Positions 49,230 through 59,547 of a stretch of 64,000 bases of DNA are shown in pieces. Position numbers and translations under genes: made by a program. The stretch is from positions 1,344,001 to 1,408,000 of the forward strand of contig CAXXQS010000001.1 of the NCBI GenBank assembly GCA_963674735.2, written 5' to 3'. A model generated the notes under the pieces. That model searched no databases. It worked only from the letters and a program-made list of their open reading frames with translations, and was not told where the DNA came from. Positions within the stretch are counted from its first letter, which is position 1, and each line of letters begins with the position of its first letter. This stretch comes from Myxococcota bacterium (GTDB taxonomy: Bacteria; Myxococcota_A; SURF-8).

Positions 49230-51617
49230 CTAAAATTGGTTTCCTATCGAAAACTCGAAAGAGATGTCGTCATCTTGAGGCCGTTTTGAAATCGGCAGCC
49301 CCCATTCGAAACGCAACGGCCCAATAGGCGAGTACCAGCGGAAGCCGAAGCCATAGCTCATGTACAAGCCCAGAGGCAGATCGTATTCATTTTGGCCGCT
49401 CTGGCCCAAGTAGAAGAACTGTTGTTCTTCACTCCATGTATTACCGGCATCGAAGAAGAAGACCCATTTGATTCCTGCCGCCTCGATCACCGGGAATTCC
49501 AACTCGATGTTCGCCAGGAATTGCTTATTACCACCGATTAGGTACTTAACCGGATACCCGGCTGGATCATCTTGTGGAATCACCTCTATTGTAGGTGAAA
49601 TCGATCCGAATTCATAGCCTCGAATCGAATAAATACCACCCAACAGATAACGTTCGGCAATCGGCACGCCGGGGAAATCCTTTTTGCCAATCAAATCGGC
49701 AAAAGGCTCTTCCATCGAGGTGATGTAACCGAGATCGAAGTTGAAACCCAAAACCAGCTTCCAGTAGATCGGGAAGTAGTATTTGGAGTTCAAGCTGAAT
49801 TTTAAGAATTCGATATCGGAACCGGTATAGCTATCGGCGTATTCCATGCTCAAGCGATGAAGCATTCCATCTGTGGGGAAAAGCCGATTATTTCGCGTGT
49901 CATACTGTGCGGTTAGAGCCAAACTCGACGTCAAACCGCTTTTGAAAAGGTGCAAATGCACCAGGTTGTCCACCGCAATATTGACGTCTTTGATGGAGTA
50001 GGTCAGGAAGAGGGTGATGTCTTCCCAGAAAGGATAACCGAAGGTAATATCGGCTCCGTAGGAACCGCGTGAATAGCTGCCGAATTCTCCTTGACGTGGA
50101 TAGGTAATCGACTGATTGAACAGTGAAAACCCGAAGTTGACCTTTGTATCCGCTAAGTACGGTTCGAAGAAGCGCAACATGAACTGCTTCCGGCTGGAAG
50201 AGATCTGGGCCATTAGCGAAAGAGACTGGCCGCGTCCGAACAGATTGTTCATGTTAATCTGGGATTGAAACACGAAACTGTCGATGGAACTGAATCCGAA
50301 ACCGAGTTGGAAGGTGCCGGTACGTTGTTCCTTGACCTCGATTGTCAGCTCGACTTTATCTTCAGAACTTCCCGGACTTTCCGTAATTTCAACCGTTTCG
50401 AAGTAACCGAGCTGGTAGATCTTCCGTTTTGACTTACGGATTTTTGTCGAAGAATAAAGCTCACCTTCCATAATCCGCATTTCGCGCCGGATCACTTTGT
50501 CTCTGGTTTTGGTATTCCCAACGATGTTGATACGTTCGATCCAGGCCTTGTGACCTTTTTCAACACGCATTTCCACGTTCACAATACGATTTTCTTCATC
50601 GGGTCGTGTTAGGGGGGTGACATTTGCGTAGGCATATCCGAGATCTTTATACAAATCGGTGATACGTTCGAGATCGGACATAAACAGGGAACGGTTGAAA
50701 ATTTCATCTTTCTTCAACCTGATCTTCTTGTGCATTTTTTCTTTCGGGTAAAACAAATCACCCGAGAAGTCGAGATCGCCCATCGTGTATTGTTCACCCT
50801 CGGTAACCGGAAATGTGACGTAGACGAAGGTGCGGTCTGGAGAAATGGATACCTGGGGAGATTCGACTTTCGCATTGATATAACCGTGATCGGCATAGTA
50901 GTTACCAATCATGAAGGCGTCTCGTTCGACGATCTCGTGGCGATATTGGCCGGAATTGCTGATAAAGCTGAGAGCATCGCCGGGTTTGGTGAGCATGACG
51001 CTCTGAAGATCTTTGTCGCTGATTTTCTCGTTGCCGAGTATGACGACTTTCTTGACCTTTACCTTGGCCCGTTCCTTCATTTTGAAGGTGATGACAACCT
51101 GATTGTCATCGACCATCGTCACTTCATAGTCCACATCAGCCAGGAAAAATCCCTTATCGATATAGACATTTCGAATTTTGTCGATGTTTCGGTAAATCTT
51201 GCCATGATTCAAGATGGAAAATGGCTTGATATCAATTACTTCCTCGATATCGTCATCATCCACTTCATCGTTTCCGTCGAGCTTCACTTCTTTGACGGAG
51301 GGTCGTTCCTCAACCATCACAGTCAGGATCTTACCGGCGTCTGAATCGGCTACATCGATTTGCACATCGGTAAAGTAACCAAGTTTGTAGATCGCCTTCA
51401 CGTCTTTTTGAAGCTTTTCAGTGGTAAAAAACGCGCCGGGTCGCGAATGCAAGACCGTTCGAATCGATTCCTGCTCGACTCGCTTAGCGCCTTGAATGTT
51501 AATTTCAGCGATTCGATCCGAACGAGCCTCTGCCAAGCTCCCGAAAAGGAGAAGAAAAATCAAGTAGAATCCAAGCCAGCGCACCGTCATTACCGCCTCA
51601 TTCCGTTTCGCGTTCAC
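49230..51617 (-). CDS. bamA: Outer membrane protein assembly factor BamA
   Basis: POTRA repeats (GNTKTRDKVIRRE), IRGY, SPIGPLRF, terminal Phe. Confidence 0.96.
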   Translation of the reverse strand: MNAKRNEAVMTVRWLGFYLIFLLLFGSLAEARSDRIAEINIQGAKRVEQESIRTVLHSRPGAFFTTEKLQKDVKAIYKLGYFTDVQIDVADSDAGKILTVMVEERPSVKEVKLDGNDEVDDDDIEEVIDIKPFSILNHGKIYRNIDKIRNVYIDKGFFLADVDYEVTMVDDNQVVITFKMKERAKVKVKKVVILGNEKISDKDLQSVMLTKPGDALSFISNSGQYRHEIVERDAFMIGNYYADHGYINAKVESPQVSISPDRTFVYVTFPVTEGEQYTMGDLDFSGDLFYPKEKMHKKIRLKKDEIFNRSLFMSDLERITDLYKDLGYAYANVTPLTRPDEENRIVNVEMRVEKGHKAWIERINIVGNTKTRDKVIRREMRIMEGELYSSTKIRKSKRKIYQLGYFETVEITESPGSSEDKVELTIEVKEQRTGTFQLGFGFSSIDSFVFQSQINMNNLFGRGQSLSLMAQISSSRKQFMLRFFEPYLADTKVNFGFSLFNQSITYPRQGEFGSYSRGSYGADITFGYPFWEDITLFLTYSIKDVNIAVDNLVHLHLFKSGLTSSLALTAQYDTRNNRLFPTDGMLHRLSMEYADSYTGSDIEFLKFSLNSKYYFPIYWKLVLGFNFDLGYITSMEEPFADLIGKKDFPGVPIAERYLLGGIYSIRGYEFGSISPTIEVIPQDDPAGYPVKYLIGGNKQFLANIELEFPVIEAAGIKWVFFFDAGNTWSEEQQFFYLGQSGQNEYDLPLGLYMSYGFGFRWYSPIGPLRFEWGLPISKRPQDDDISFEFSIGNQF

Positions 51618-52332
51618 GGATCACGCCGTCGAACATGGCCAGGCGGCGGGGCATACGGTCCGCCAGACTCGGATTATGGGTGACGCATACAAGTGTCATG
51701 CCGTAGATTTCGTTTAACTCCAAAAGCAGGTCATGTATTCCCTCGGCGGTCTGGCCGTCCAGATTTCCGGTGGGTTCATCAGCTAAAAGCACCTTGGGAT
51801 TCATTACCAACGCCCGCGCAATCGCGACTCGCTGTTGCTCGCCACCGGACAATTCACCTGGTTTATGTTCCAATCGCTCTAAAAGATCGACCTGAGACAG
51901 CAGCTTAGCGGCCCGTTCACGTGCTTCAACCGGATTGACTCTTGCAATACGCAGGGGAATCATCACGTTTTCAAGAGCGGTGAAATCGGGCAACAGGTAG
52001 TGGAACTGAAAGACAAAACCGATGGTCCGATTTCGGTAACTGGCCAAATGTTTGTCCGACAAGTTGAACACATCCTGATCCTCGAAACGGACACTCCCCG
52101 AGCTGGGTTGATCAAGTGTGCCGACAACTTGCAGAAAGGTACTCTTTCCGGCACCCGACTTCCCAACAATTGACACGCGTTCACCTGGGTGAAAACGAAG
52201 ATTGACCCCTTTCAGGACGTCTATCCGCCGTTCACCAAGCTGGTAATATTTCCAGAGATCTTCGATCTGAATAATAGGGGAGGCAGATTGGCTGCCACCC
52301 GTAACGGTCGCGGTGGTAATATGGCTACTCAT
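51598..52332 (-). CDS. lolD: Lipoprotein-releasing ABC ATPase
   Basis: GKSGAGKS, GFVFQFHYLL, LSGGEQQR, ADEPTGNLD. Confidence 0.9.
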   Translation of the reverse strand: MSSHITTATVTGGSQSASPIIQIEDLWKYYQLGERRIDVLKGVNLRFHPGERVSIVGKSGAGKSTFLQVVGTLDQPSSGSVRFEDQDVFNLSDKHLASYRNRTIGFVFQFHYLLPDFTALENVMIPLRIARVNPVEARERAAKLLSQVDLLERLEHKPGELSGGEQQRVAIARALVMNPKVLLADEPTGNLDGQTAEGIHDLLLELNEIYGMTLVCVTHNPSLADRMPRRLAMFDGVIRERETE

Positions 52333-53659
52333 AACGCAGCCCGTCCACCGGATTCATCCGTGCCGCTTGCCAGGCCGGATAAAGCGTTGCCAACCATGAA
52401 ATCAGCAAAGCCGAGCCTATGATAGCCGCAACTTGCAGGGGTTGGATTTTCACGGGAAGACCGGTCATGTAGTAGACATCCGGATCAAGCTGGATACCCA
52501 GTACCGGGATCAAAGCGCAGAGCAGGAACCCCAATCCGACCCCAATCAAAGTGCCGACCAAGCCGATAATAAGCCCATCGATCATGAAGATGCGCATGAT
52601 AGCGGAATTAGCAGCTCCCATAGACTTCAACGTCGCAATTTCCTTGCCTTTTTCTAGAACCATCATGATCAGTGTCGAGGCAATGTTGAAGGCGGCAACC
52701 AGAGTAATGAAAGTCAGAATCACAAACATCGCCAATTGTTCGAGTTTCAGGGCGGCGAACAGGTTTTTGTTCATTTCTTTCCAGTCACGAACTTTATATG
52801 GAAAACCTCCCAATTTCTCGACGATACGTGCTCCGATCGCGCTTGTATCGTAAAGATTTTCGGATCGGACCTTGAATTCGATAGCCGTGACATCATCATC
52901 CATCGACGAAAACTTTTGTAAATCGGCGATTGTCGTGAAAGCAAACTTCATGTCATACTCGAACATTCCCATGTAAAAGATACCAGCTACACGGAAATAC
53001 TGGTGCGAAGGAATAGGGCCGGTTGGACCCAGTCCACCTCCGAGAGGGTTAACCACATTAATTTCGTCGCCAACCCAGACACTGAGATATTTCGCCATCT
53101 CTTTGCCGATAACGATTCCAGGCAATTCCGTTTCGCCATAGCGCCGTTTGGTACGGCTGGAAAAACGCGGCATGAATTCGCCTGCCTGAATACGGTCATC
53201 GATCTTTGCACGGGTTTCTTTAAGCAAACGACCAGGATCTTTCAGATAATCCAGGCTGCCTTCTTCCATCTTCTCGGGTAACTGCGTAACGCTACCGGTC
53301 GTTTCGAGATCGATTCCTTTTATCAAGGAGCCGGTGACATTGGCTTCGGAACTGATCATCACTTCACGTAACAGAAAGGGAGATGCTCCGATGATCTCCG
53401 GAAATTCGTTCAAGTCCTCAACCACGTCGCGATACTCACTGAAGCCGTAAGTCACTTTCATCAGATTGCCGTGGGCATTGGCTCCGATGATTTTGTCTCG
53501 AAGTTCTTCTTCAAAACCGGCCATGACAGACAAAACGACAATCAAAGCGCACACACCGACGGCCACCCCTCCGATGGAGATCATGGTTATCGTTGATAGA
53601 AAGGCGCTCGATTTACGTGCCTTTAAATATCGAATTCCGACAAAAGACTCAAAGGACAT
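52325..53659 (-). CDS. Lipoprotein-releasing ABC permease (LolC/E family)
   Basis: VLSVMAGFE, GMFEYD, VAAFNI, ATLYPA...P...LRYE. Confidence 0.93.
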   Translation of the reverse strand: MSFESFVGIRYLKARKSSAFLSTITMISIGGVAVGVCALIVVLSVMAGFEEELRDKIIGANAHGNLMKVTYGFSEYRDVVEDLNEFPEIIGASPFLLREVMISSEANVTGSLIKGIDLETTGSVTQLPEKMEEGSLDYLKDPGRLLKETRAKIDDRIQAGEFMPRFSSRTKRRYGETELPGIVIGKEMAKYLSVWVGDEINVVNPLGGGLGPTGPIPSHQYFRVAGIFYMGMFEYDMKFAFTTIADLQKFSSMDDDVTAIEFKVRSENLYDTSAIGARIVEKLGGFPYKVRDWKEMNKNLFAALKLEQLAMFVILTFITLVAAFNIASTLIMMVLEKGKEIATLKSMGAANSAIMRIFMIDGLIIGLVGTLIGVGLGFLLCALIPVLGIQLDPDVYYMTGLPVKIQPLQVAAIIGSALLISWLATLYPAWQAARMNPVDGLRYE

Positions 53660-53680
53660 CTGGTCCTGTCCGGCTTCGGG

Positions 53681-55168
53681 TTAAGGCTGTTCTTTTCGTA
53701 ACTGCGGAAAAAGAATGACGTCGCGGATGGAGGCGGAATCAGTCAGCAACATCACCAGCCGATCGATACCGATTCCTTCCCCGGCCGCCGGCGGCATGCC
53801 GTATTCAAGAGCACGGATATAATCGGTGTCCATGACATGGGCTTCATCGTCGCCTGCTTCGCGTGCTTCGATCTGCATTTCAAAACGCTCGCGCTGATCG
53901 ATCGGATCGTTCAATTCCGAGAAAGCGTTGGCAATCTCTCGTCCTGCCACGATAAGCTCGAAACGGTCGGTGAGCGTGGGATCGCTTTCCTTTTTCCGGG
54001 CCAGCGGGCTGACCTCGATCGGGAAATCGACCACGAACGTCGGCTGAATAATCTTTCCTTCAGCGACTTCCTCGTAAATTTCCATCAGCAGCTTGCCATC
54101 CGGCATGCGGTCGATGTTCTCGATCCCGAGTTTTCCGGCCACCGTTTCCATGCGGCTGCGCTCGGCAAGGTCGTCAAGGCTGATATCGCTATACTTAACA
54201 ATGGCTTCCGTCGGTGTCAGACGATCCCAAGGGGCGGCGTAATTGATCGCCTGGCCTTGATAAGTAACCGTTGTATCACCACAGATTTCTTTTGCGATAC
54301 CGCTGATCATGTCTTCCGTGAGGGTCATCAGGTCTTCGAAGGTTGCATAAGCCCAGTAGAATTCCAGCATGGTGAATTCCGGGTTATGCTTGATGCTGAA
54401 TCCCTCATTGCGGAAGTTGCGGTTGATTTCAAACACGCGCTCCATGCCCCCCACGAGAAGACGCTTCAGATAAAGCTCCGGAGCGATACGCAGGAAAAGA
54501 TCCATATCCAGAGTGTTATGGTGAGTCACGAATGGTCTTGCCGTTGCGCCACCCGCGAGACTATGCAGCATGGGGGTTTCGACTTCCAGGAAGTCCATCC
54601 CGGACAGATACTCCCGAATCAACTGGACGATGCGCGCTCGTTTGCGAAAAACCTCGGTAACTCCATCGTTAACCACCAGATCAAGGTAACGCTGACGATA
54701 ACGGATTTCGGTATCGGTCAGACCGTGCCATTTCTCGGGGAGCGGTCTCAGATTTTTAGTTAAAAGACGGATTTCATCGACGTTCAGCGTCAACTCTCCG
54801 GTCTTGGTGCGTACAGGCGTACCGGATGTGCCGACAATATCGCCAACATCCATAGACTTGAAGATTTTAAAGGCGTCGGGACCGATCTGCTTTTTCTGAA
54901 CGAAAATCTGGATACGCGCGGTACGATCTTTGAGTACGGCAAAGGCGGCGTTCCCAAAAGATCGAATCGCCATAAGACGCCCAGCCACCGTGTAACGATC
55001 CGTGACCGTCTTCAATTCTTCAGCGGTGGCGTCTACGTATTTCTCGTGGACTTCATTTGCCGTATGAACAACTTTGAAATCGTTGGCAAACGGGTTGATT
55101 TCCAACTCGCGTAACTTGGTCAACTTGTCTCGACGCGCGGTCAGAAGAGCGCTTAATTCATCCATCAT
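53681..55168 (-). CDS. lysS: Lysine-tRNA ligase (class II)
   Basis: RYRQRYLDL, LRIAPELYLK, FRNEG, HNPEF, GIGIDRL. Confidence 0.98.
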   Translation of the reverse strand: MMDELSALLTARRDKLTKLRELEINPFANDFKVVHTANEVHEKYVDATAEELKTVTDRYTVAGRLMAIRSFGNAAFAVLKDRTARIQIFVQKKQIGPDAFKIFKSMDVGDIVGTSGTPVRTKTGELTLNVDEIRLLTKNLRPLPEKWHGLTDTEIRYRQRYLDLVVNDGVTEVFRKRARIVQLIREYLSGMDFLEVETPMLHSLAGGATARPFVTHHNTLDMDLFLRIAPELYLKRLLVGGMERVFEINRNFRNEGFSIKHNPEFTMLEFYWAYATFEDLMTLTEDMISGIAKEICGDTTVTYQGQAINYAAPWDRLTPTEAIVKYSDISLDDLAERSRMETVAGKLGIENIDRMPDGKLLMEIYEEVAEGKIIQPTFVVDFPIEVSPLARKKESDPTLTDRFELIVAGREIANAFSELNDPIDQRERFEMQIEAREAGDDEAHVMDTDYIRALEYGMPPAAGEGIGIDRLVMLLTDSASIRDVILFPQLRKEQP

Positions 55169-55555
55169 CGCCTCACATCGCTACTGTTTTACCGCTATGC
55201 GGGACATCCACGTGGGCCCAAAATGAGTGGCTATTCTTATCGTAAATACCATAGACAGTCAAGCTATTTATCTTGCGCTCGTCTATTGAAAACATGCCCA
55301 TTTACCCCGATATTGACCGTCTCTCTACACATGGTCACAACAGAAAGGGAAGGGCAATGTGGCAAGTGCCAGTCTGTCCCGGCATTCTATGCGTTCCTAT
55401 GGTTCGCATTTTTGTGATTCAATCTTGGCTTTAAATTGGGATTAATGTGTATTTAGTAGAAAAATCACTAGAAAATGATTGACACTTGCAAGGGATGCTC
55501 TATATAGTTGCCCAGTTTTAATTCCGACGTTTTGGACGGGCAAGGAGGAATGACG

Positions 55556-56362
55556 GTGGCCCAAGCGAAAAAGCTGACAAAGAAAGAGCTTAACGAACCA
55601 GATCAGTTTCAAAGCCGCGGCGAACAGATTCTGAATCATGTCGTTGAATATCGTAAACGCTATTTCACATATCTGGCCGCTTTTGTGGCCTTGATACTCG
55701 CTGCCGTCATTATCAATGCCGTCATCGATAGCCGCAACGCCAAGATAAGCGAGAAATTCTCGAAAGCTATGGCCGTGTTCAACGCCCAGGTCGTAAAAGG
55801 CGAAGACGCGAACCCGAATGCCGACCCTCCGACTTTCCAGACCGAAGATGCCAAATTTCTCGCGGCATCCGAAAAGTTCGAAGGTTTCATCGAGGAAGAG
55901 GGCGGTTCCAGCTATGGTGTCGTAGCGCGTTTTTTCCTCGGTGCTTGCCACTTCCAACTCAAACAGTATGGGAAAGCACGAGCGGCCTTCGAAACGTTTA
56001 TTGAGGATTCCGGTTCTGATGGCAAAGAGTTTCTTTTCCTGGCCTATCACAACATTGCGCAATCCTACGATGCCGAAGACAATGTTGAAAAAGCCCTCGA
56101 AACCTACAAAAAAGTACTAGGCTTACGGGACGATGCCTTTAAGGACCAAGCCCGCTATTACATCGCGAAGCTGCTCAAGCGGCAAGGGAAAAACGATGAG
56201 GCGGTGAAGGAACTTGAAGGTATTCTTGCTGATTTTCCTGAGACCGCGATCAAGCCGGATGTTCGTCGGATGTTGACGGTTCTCAAAGGACCGGAAAAGC
56301 CTGAAGACAATCCGATCGATTCCGCGATCAATCCCATCATCCAGATGAAGCAGGGCGGCTGA
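55556..56362 (+). CDS. YfgM-like membrane-anchored TPR protein
   Basis: KKELNEPDQF, single TM, TPRs; GGAGG RBS; precedes the bamB-like gene. Confidence 0.8.
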   Translation: MAQAKKLTKKELNEPDQFQSRGEQILNHVVEYRKRYFTYLAAFVALILAAVIINAVIDSRNAKISEKFSKAMAVFNAQVVKGEDANPNADPPTFQTEDAKFLAASEKFEGFIEEEGGSSYGVVARFFLGACHFQLKQYGKARAAFETFIEDSGSDGKEFLFLAYHNIAQSYDAEDNVEKALETYKKVLGLRDDAFKDQARYYIAKLLKRQGKNDEAVKELEGILADFPETAIKPDVRRMLTVLKGPEKPEDNPIDSAINPIIQMKQGG

Positions 56363-57591
56363 TGGCGCGTCCGCGGTTCCAGCATTTCATTCGGTTCGCG
56401 TTCGTATCGATCCTGATTTTCACCAGTTTGGTTTGTGTGGGTTGCTCCGAAAAAGCCCGCCACGCTGCCGGTTGGAAGAAAACGATCTTTTACCCGGACG
56501 GCCAAGACGTGGTCGTGCTGTGGCGCGCGCAGATTACCGAACGAGACATCCTGAATTATCAAGAATATCAGCCGCTTGAAGATGGCGTTGCCGCTGTTGA
56601 CGATGGCTTCGTGTATGTTGGGGGACGCTCCAAGAAACTGATGAAATTCGACCGCTTCACCGGAAAGCTGATTAAAAGCTTTAAGGTCGGCGAAGAGATT
56701 TTCAGTCAGCCGGTGATCGACGGTCAAACTTTGTACCTGGGTACATCGACGGGGAAATTCCTCGCTCTCAATAAAAACACCTTTGAAGAGCTTTGGTCTT
56801 ACCCCTTAAAATCCGAAGTGGTCGCAGCACCTGTCGTTCAAGACGGAATCGTCTATTTCGTCACGCAAACCGATTTGCTCACGGCACTTGACGCCTCCAG
56901 TGGCAAGTTCAAGTGGGAACATCGTGAAGATTATCACGGGACGCTTTCCATTCGTCGCCATGCAAAACCCGTTGTCTGGAAAGATACGATCATACAAGGG
57001 TTCACCCAGGGAACTCTCTGTGCTTTCAATCGGAAAACCGGCGAACTGCTGTGGCGACGCAACCTGGGCAAGGGCGCTCGCTTCGATGATGTAAACGCCA
57101 CGCCTTTAGTCCGTGATGGCTTCATCTATACGGCCTCATTCGACAATGGCGTCTATTGCCTGAATGCGGAGTCCGGGATTGTTCTATGGCAAGCCGAAAT
57201 CAAGTCGGCGAGCTCTCTCGTTTTCCTCGATGGACTTCTCTATCTGACCGCCTCCGAAGATTCGTTTTACGCGCTTGATCTTGAAACAGGAAAAACAGAG
57301 TGGTTCATGGAGTTCCAGGAGCTCTACAAAGGTGAAACCGAAGGTGCGCTGTCTAAGCCGGTGCCTTACAAAAACCGTTATGTGGTTTTCAGTACTTCGG
57401 GATCGGGTGTCTATTTCATGAATTACCGCGAAAAGCGCCTTGTTCAGCGTTTCACTCCTGGTCTTGGAATCTCGGCGCCTCCGACCGTTTTCAAGCAGAC
57501 GGTCTATGTTTTGTCCAATGGAGGATACCTCTACGCTTTTGCACTGGGGCCAAAGGGTTCTCCGTTTGCCCCATATCGAAAAGGCCGATAA
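56362..57591 (+). CDS. BamB-like PQQ-repeat beta-propeller lipoprotein
   Basis: Lipobox CVGC; repeated ALDxxxGxxxW blades. Confidence 0.85.
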   Translation: MARPRFQHFIRFAFVSILIFTSLVCVGCSEKARHAAGWKKTIFYPDGQDVVVLWRAQITERDILNYQEYQPLEDGVAAVDDGFVYVGGRSKKLMKFDRFTGKLIKSFKVGEEIFSQPVIDGQTLYLGTSTGKFLALNKNTFEELWSYPLKSEVVAAPVVQDGIVYFVTQTDLLTALDASSGKFKWEHREDYHGTLSIRRHAKPVVWKDTIIQGFTQGTLCAFNRKTGELLWRRNLGKGARFDDVNATPLVRDGFIYTASFDNGVYCLNAESGIVLWQAEIKSASSLVFLDGLLYLTASEDSFYALDLETGKTEWFMEFQELYKGETEGALSKPVPYKNRYVVFSTSGSGVYFMNYREKRLVQRFTPGLGISAPPTVFKQTVYVLSNGGYLYAFALGPKGSPFAPYRKGR

Positions 57592-57691
57592 ACTTCTATT
57601 GCCATCTGATCCAACAAGAATAGAATCCTGTTTTAGTCGTGAATATTCAGCATGATGCGTTAAAAAAGGGTGTGTTGTTCACATGACATAA

Positions 57692-57719
57692 GGTTCTCAT
57701 AAGATATATTATGCATAGT
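57692..57719 (+). other. dif-like XerCD recombination site
   Basis: GGTTCTCATAA-GATATA-TTATGCATAGT: 11-6-11 layout with the CATAA/TTATG inner palindrome; intergenic; KOPS converge on it. Confidence 0.72.
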
Positions 57720-57916
57720 GGTCTGCCTGGTATTTTCTCCCTACCTTTTTTCGCGTCCCGATCCTCTCGAACCCAGGTTCCATTTGGCTCCCACAGTCGC
57801 TCCCGCAATCAAATCACCGCTTATTTCCTTGCGTCACACCCTATAATTATTTAAGGTCCGAATATGAAACGCATTGACTTTCATGAAACCACGAGTCAAG
57901 TCCGTGAGGTCCAAGT

Positions 57917-59488
57917 GTGAAATATAAACGCAACGATCCATGCCCCTGCGGTAGCGGGAAAAAATATAAGAAGTGTTGCCTGAACAAAGAAATTCCTCCC
58001 ACGTCAAGCCAAGATTTGCTTGTGTCCTCAAGTCCCACTACGAAAACGCCCCCTTCCAGAGAACTTCCCAGTATCAGTATTCTTTTGCCCACTCGAAACC
58101 GAAGCCGCCTTTTATCCGAAAGTCTCGAATGTCTGGTCAACCAACGTTATCCCAAGCTCCAGGTTGTGGTTGTTGACGACAATTCCGATGATGACACCCC
58201 GGCCGTCGTCGAAAGCTATCAGACAAAGCTCCCAGGTCTTATTTATTCAAGAAACGAAGTCCAGATCGGTGGCGCACTTGGATTCAGGCGTGCGGCGGAA
58301 TTGGCGAACGGCGATTATCTTCTCAACTTCAGCGATGACGACCTTCTTTCCGATGGAGCCCTATTCGCCTTTGCAGACGACCTAACCGCTCGTAATCACG
58401 ACATAATCTATTCAGATCTCGATGTAATCGATGGAGACGGCAACCATACCCAATTTTGGACCTATAAAGATTACCCGGACCGGACCGCCCTTTTGAAAGC
58501 CTTAATGGATGCCGGTGGAAATGTAATTCCCGAAACGGCTCTTGTAAAGAGAGATCGATACAATGAACTCTATGGCGAGCTGTACGGTCTTCGGTTCATA
58601 ACACCGTTTTATCTGGGAGCGTTGAACCGCTTGTCGATGAAGCATATCGCCCAACCCATTTTCCGCTATCGAGTCCACCAAGACAGCACATTCAAAGACG
58701 CTTCCGGATTGGTTGTGCGTAACAAAGGCGTTCTCAATTTCATGAACCTCATCATGTTCAAATATCGTGCCCACGATATCTTCAGCACGCAAAGCATACC
58801 GGATCGGCGTGAAGCCATTGTTGAGTCGATTATTCATTGCATCGTAAGGCTGCTGCATCACGCCAAACGCTTTATTTCGGGAACCTTCTATACCGGAGCC
58901 CAGTACAAACCTGAAGATCGTCTCTACATGCCGTTTTATGAAATGGCTTACCACTGGCTGATGATCGCAAGAAAATATAACGTTCTTGAAAGCAAGCTCG
59001 ACCAGTTGGAGAAAAACGTTCGAGAACTATACGATCCTCGTCAATACGATCTCTGCAAGATCAACATGTTGCCGGATGTCTACCGCAAGTTGCCTTGGTT
59101 TTCCTATCGACCCATTAACGATGTCAGTGATTTCATTGCTTTTGACATGATCACGCTTGGTACGCATGCGCTTTTTGATTCAGAAGAACAAACGCTTTAC
59201 AAAGACGGCAAAGTAAACATTCGTATTGTCAATCATTTTGTTGATGGTGTGGATGAACTGTTGAAACACATGGAGACTCATCCCGCACAAGTTGTTAATA
59301 TCTCTGATGAACATCAGTTGTTGCCGGTGATTCGTGCTCTGGAGAACAACGGCTACTACTTCTTATGTGTCGCGAATTTTACCTCCCACAGAGTATCCAC
59401 CGATGTGTTGGTAAAAAATATTATCGATTTCGATCCGACGAAAGAAATGCAGTTGGATGGATACCTGGCGAAAATCAGTCTTGTCTGA
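57917..59488 (+). CDS. SEC-C motif plus family 2 glycosyltransferase
   Basis: RNDPCPCGSGKKYKKCC; SILLPTRNR, VVDDNSDD, FSDDD, YRVH. Confidence 0.88.
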   Translation: MKYKRNDPCPCGSGKKYKKCCLNKEIPPTSSQDLLVSSSPTTKTPPSRELPSISILLPTRNRSRLLSESLECLVNQRYPKLQVVVVDDNSDDDTPAVVESYQTKLPGLIYSRNEVQIGGALGFRRAAELANGDYLLNFSDDDLLSDGALFAFADDLTARNHDIIYSDLDVIDGDGNHTQFWTYKDYPDRTALLKALMDAGGNVIPETALVKRDRYNELYGELYGLRFITPFYLGALNRLSMKHIAQPIFRYRVHQDSTFKDASGLVVRNKGVLNFMNLIMFKYRAHDIFSTQSIPDRREAIVESIIHCIVRLLHHAKRFISGTFYTGAQYKPEDRLYMPFYEMAYHWLMIARKYNVLESKLDQLEKNVRELYDPRQYDLCKINMLPDVYRKLPWFSYRPINDVSDFIAFDMITLGTHALFDSEEQTLYKDGKVNIRIVNHFVDGVDELLKHMETHPAQVVNISDEHQLLPVIRALENNGYYFLCVANFTSHRVSTDVLVKNIIDFDPTKEMQLDGYLAKISLV

Positions 59489-59499
59489 TTGCCACTCGC

Positions 59500-59528
59500 A
59501 AAAAAGGCCGCCCTTTGAAAGGCGGCCT
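59500..59528 (-). terminator. Rho-independent terminator after pyrG
   Basis: Minus strand AGGCCGCC-TTTCAAAG-GGCGGCCT-TTTTT. Confidence 0.8.
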
Positions 59529-59547
59529 GAATTCAAAACATGTACAA

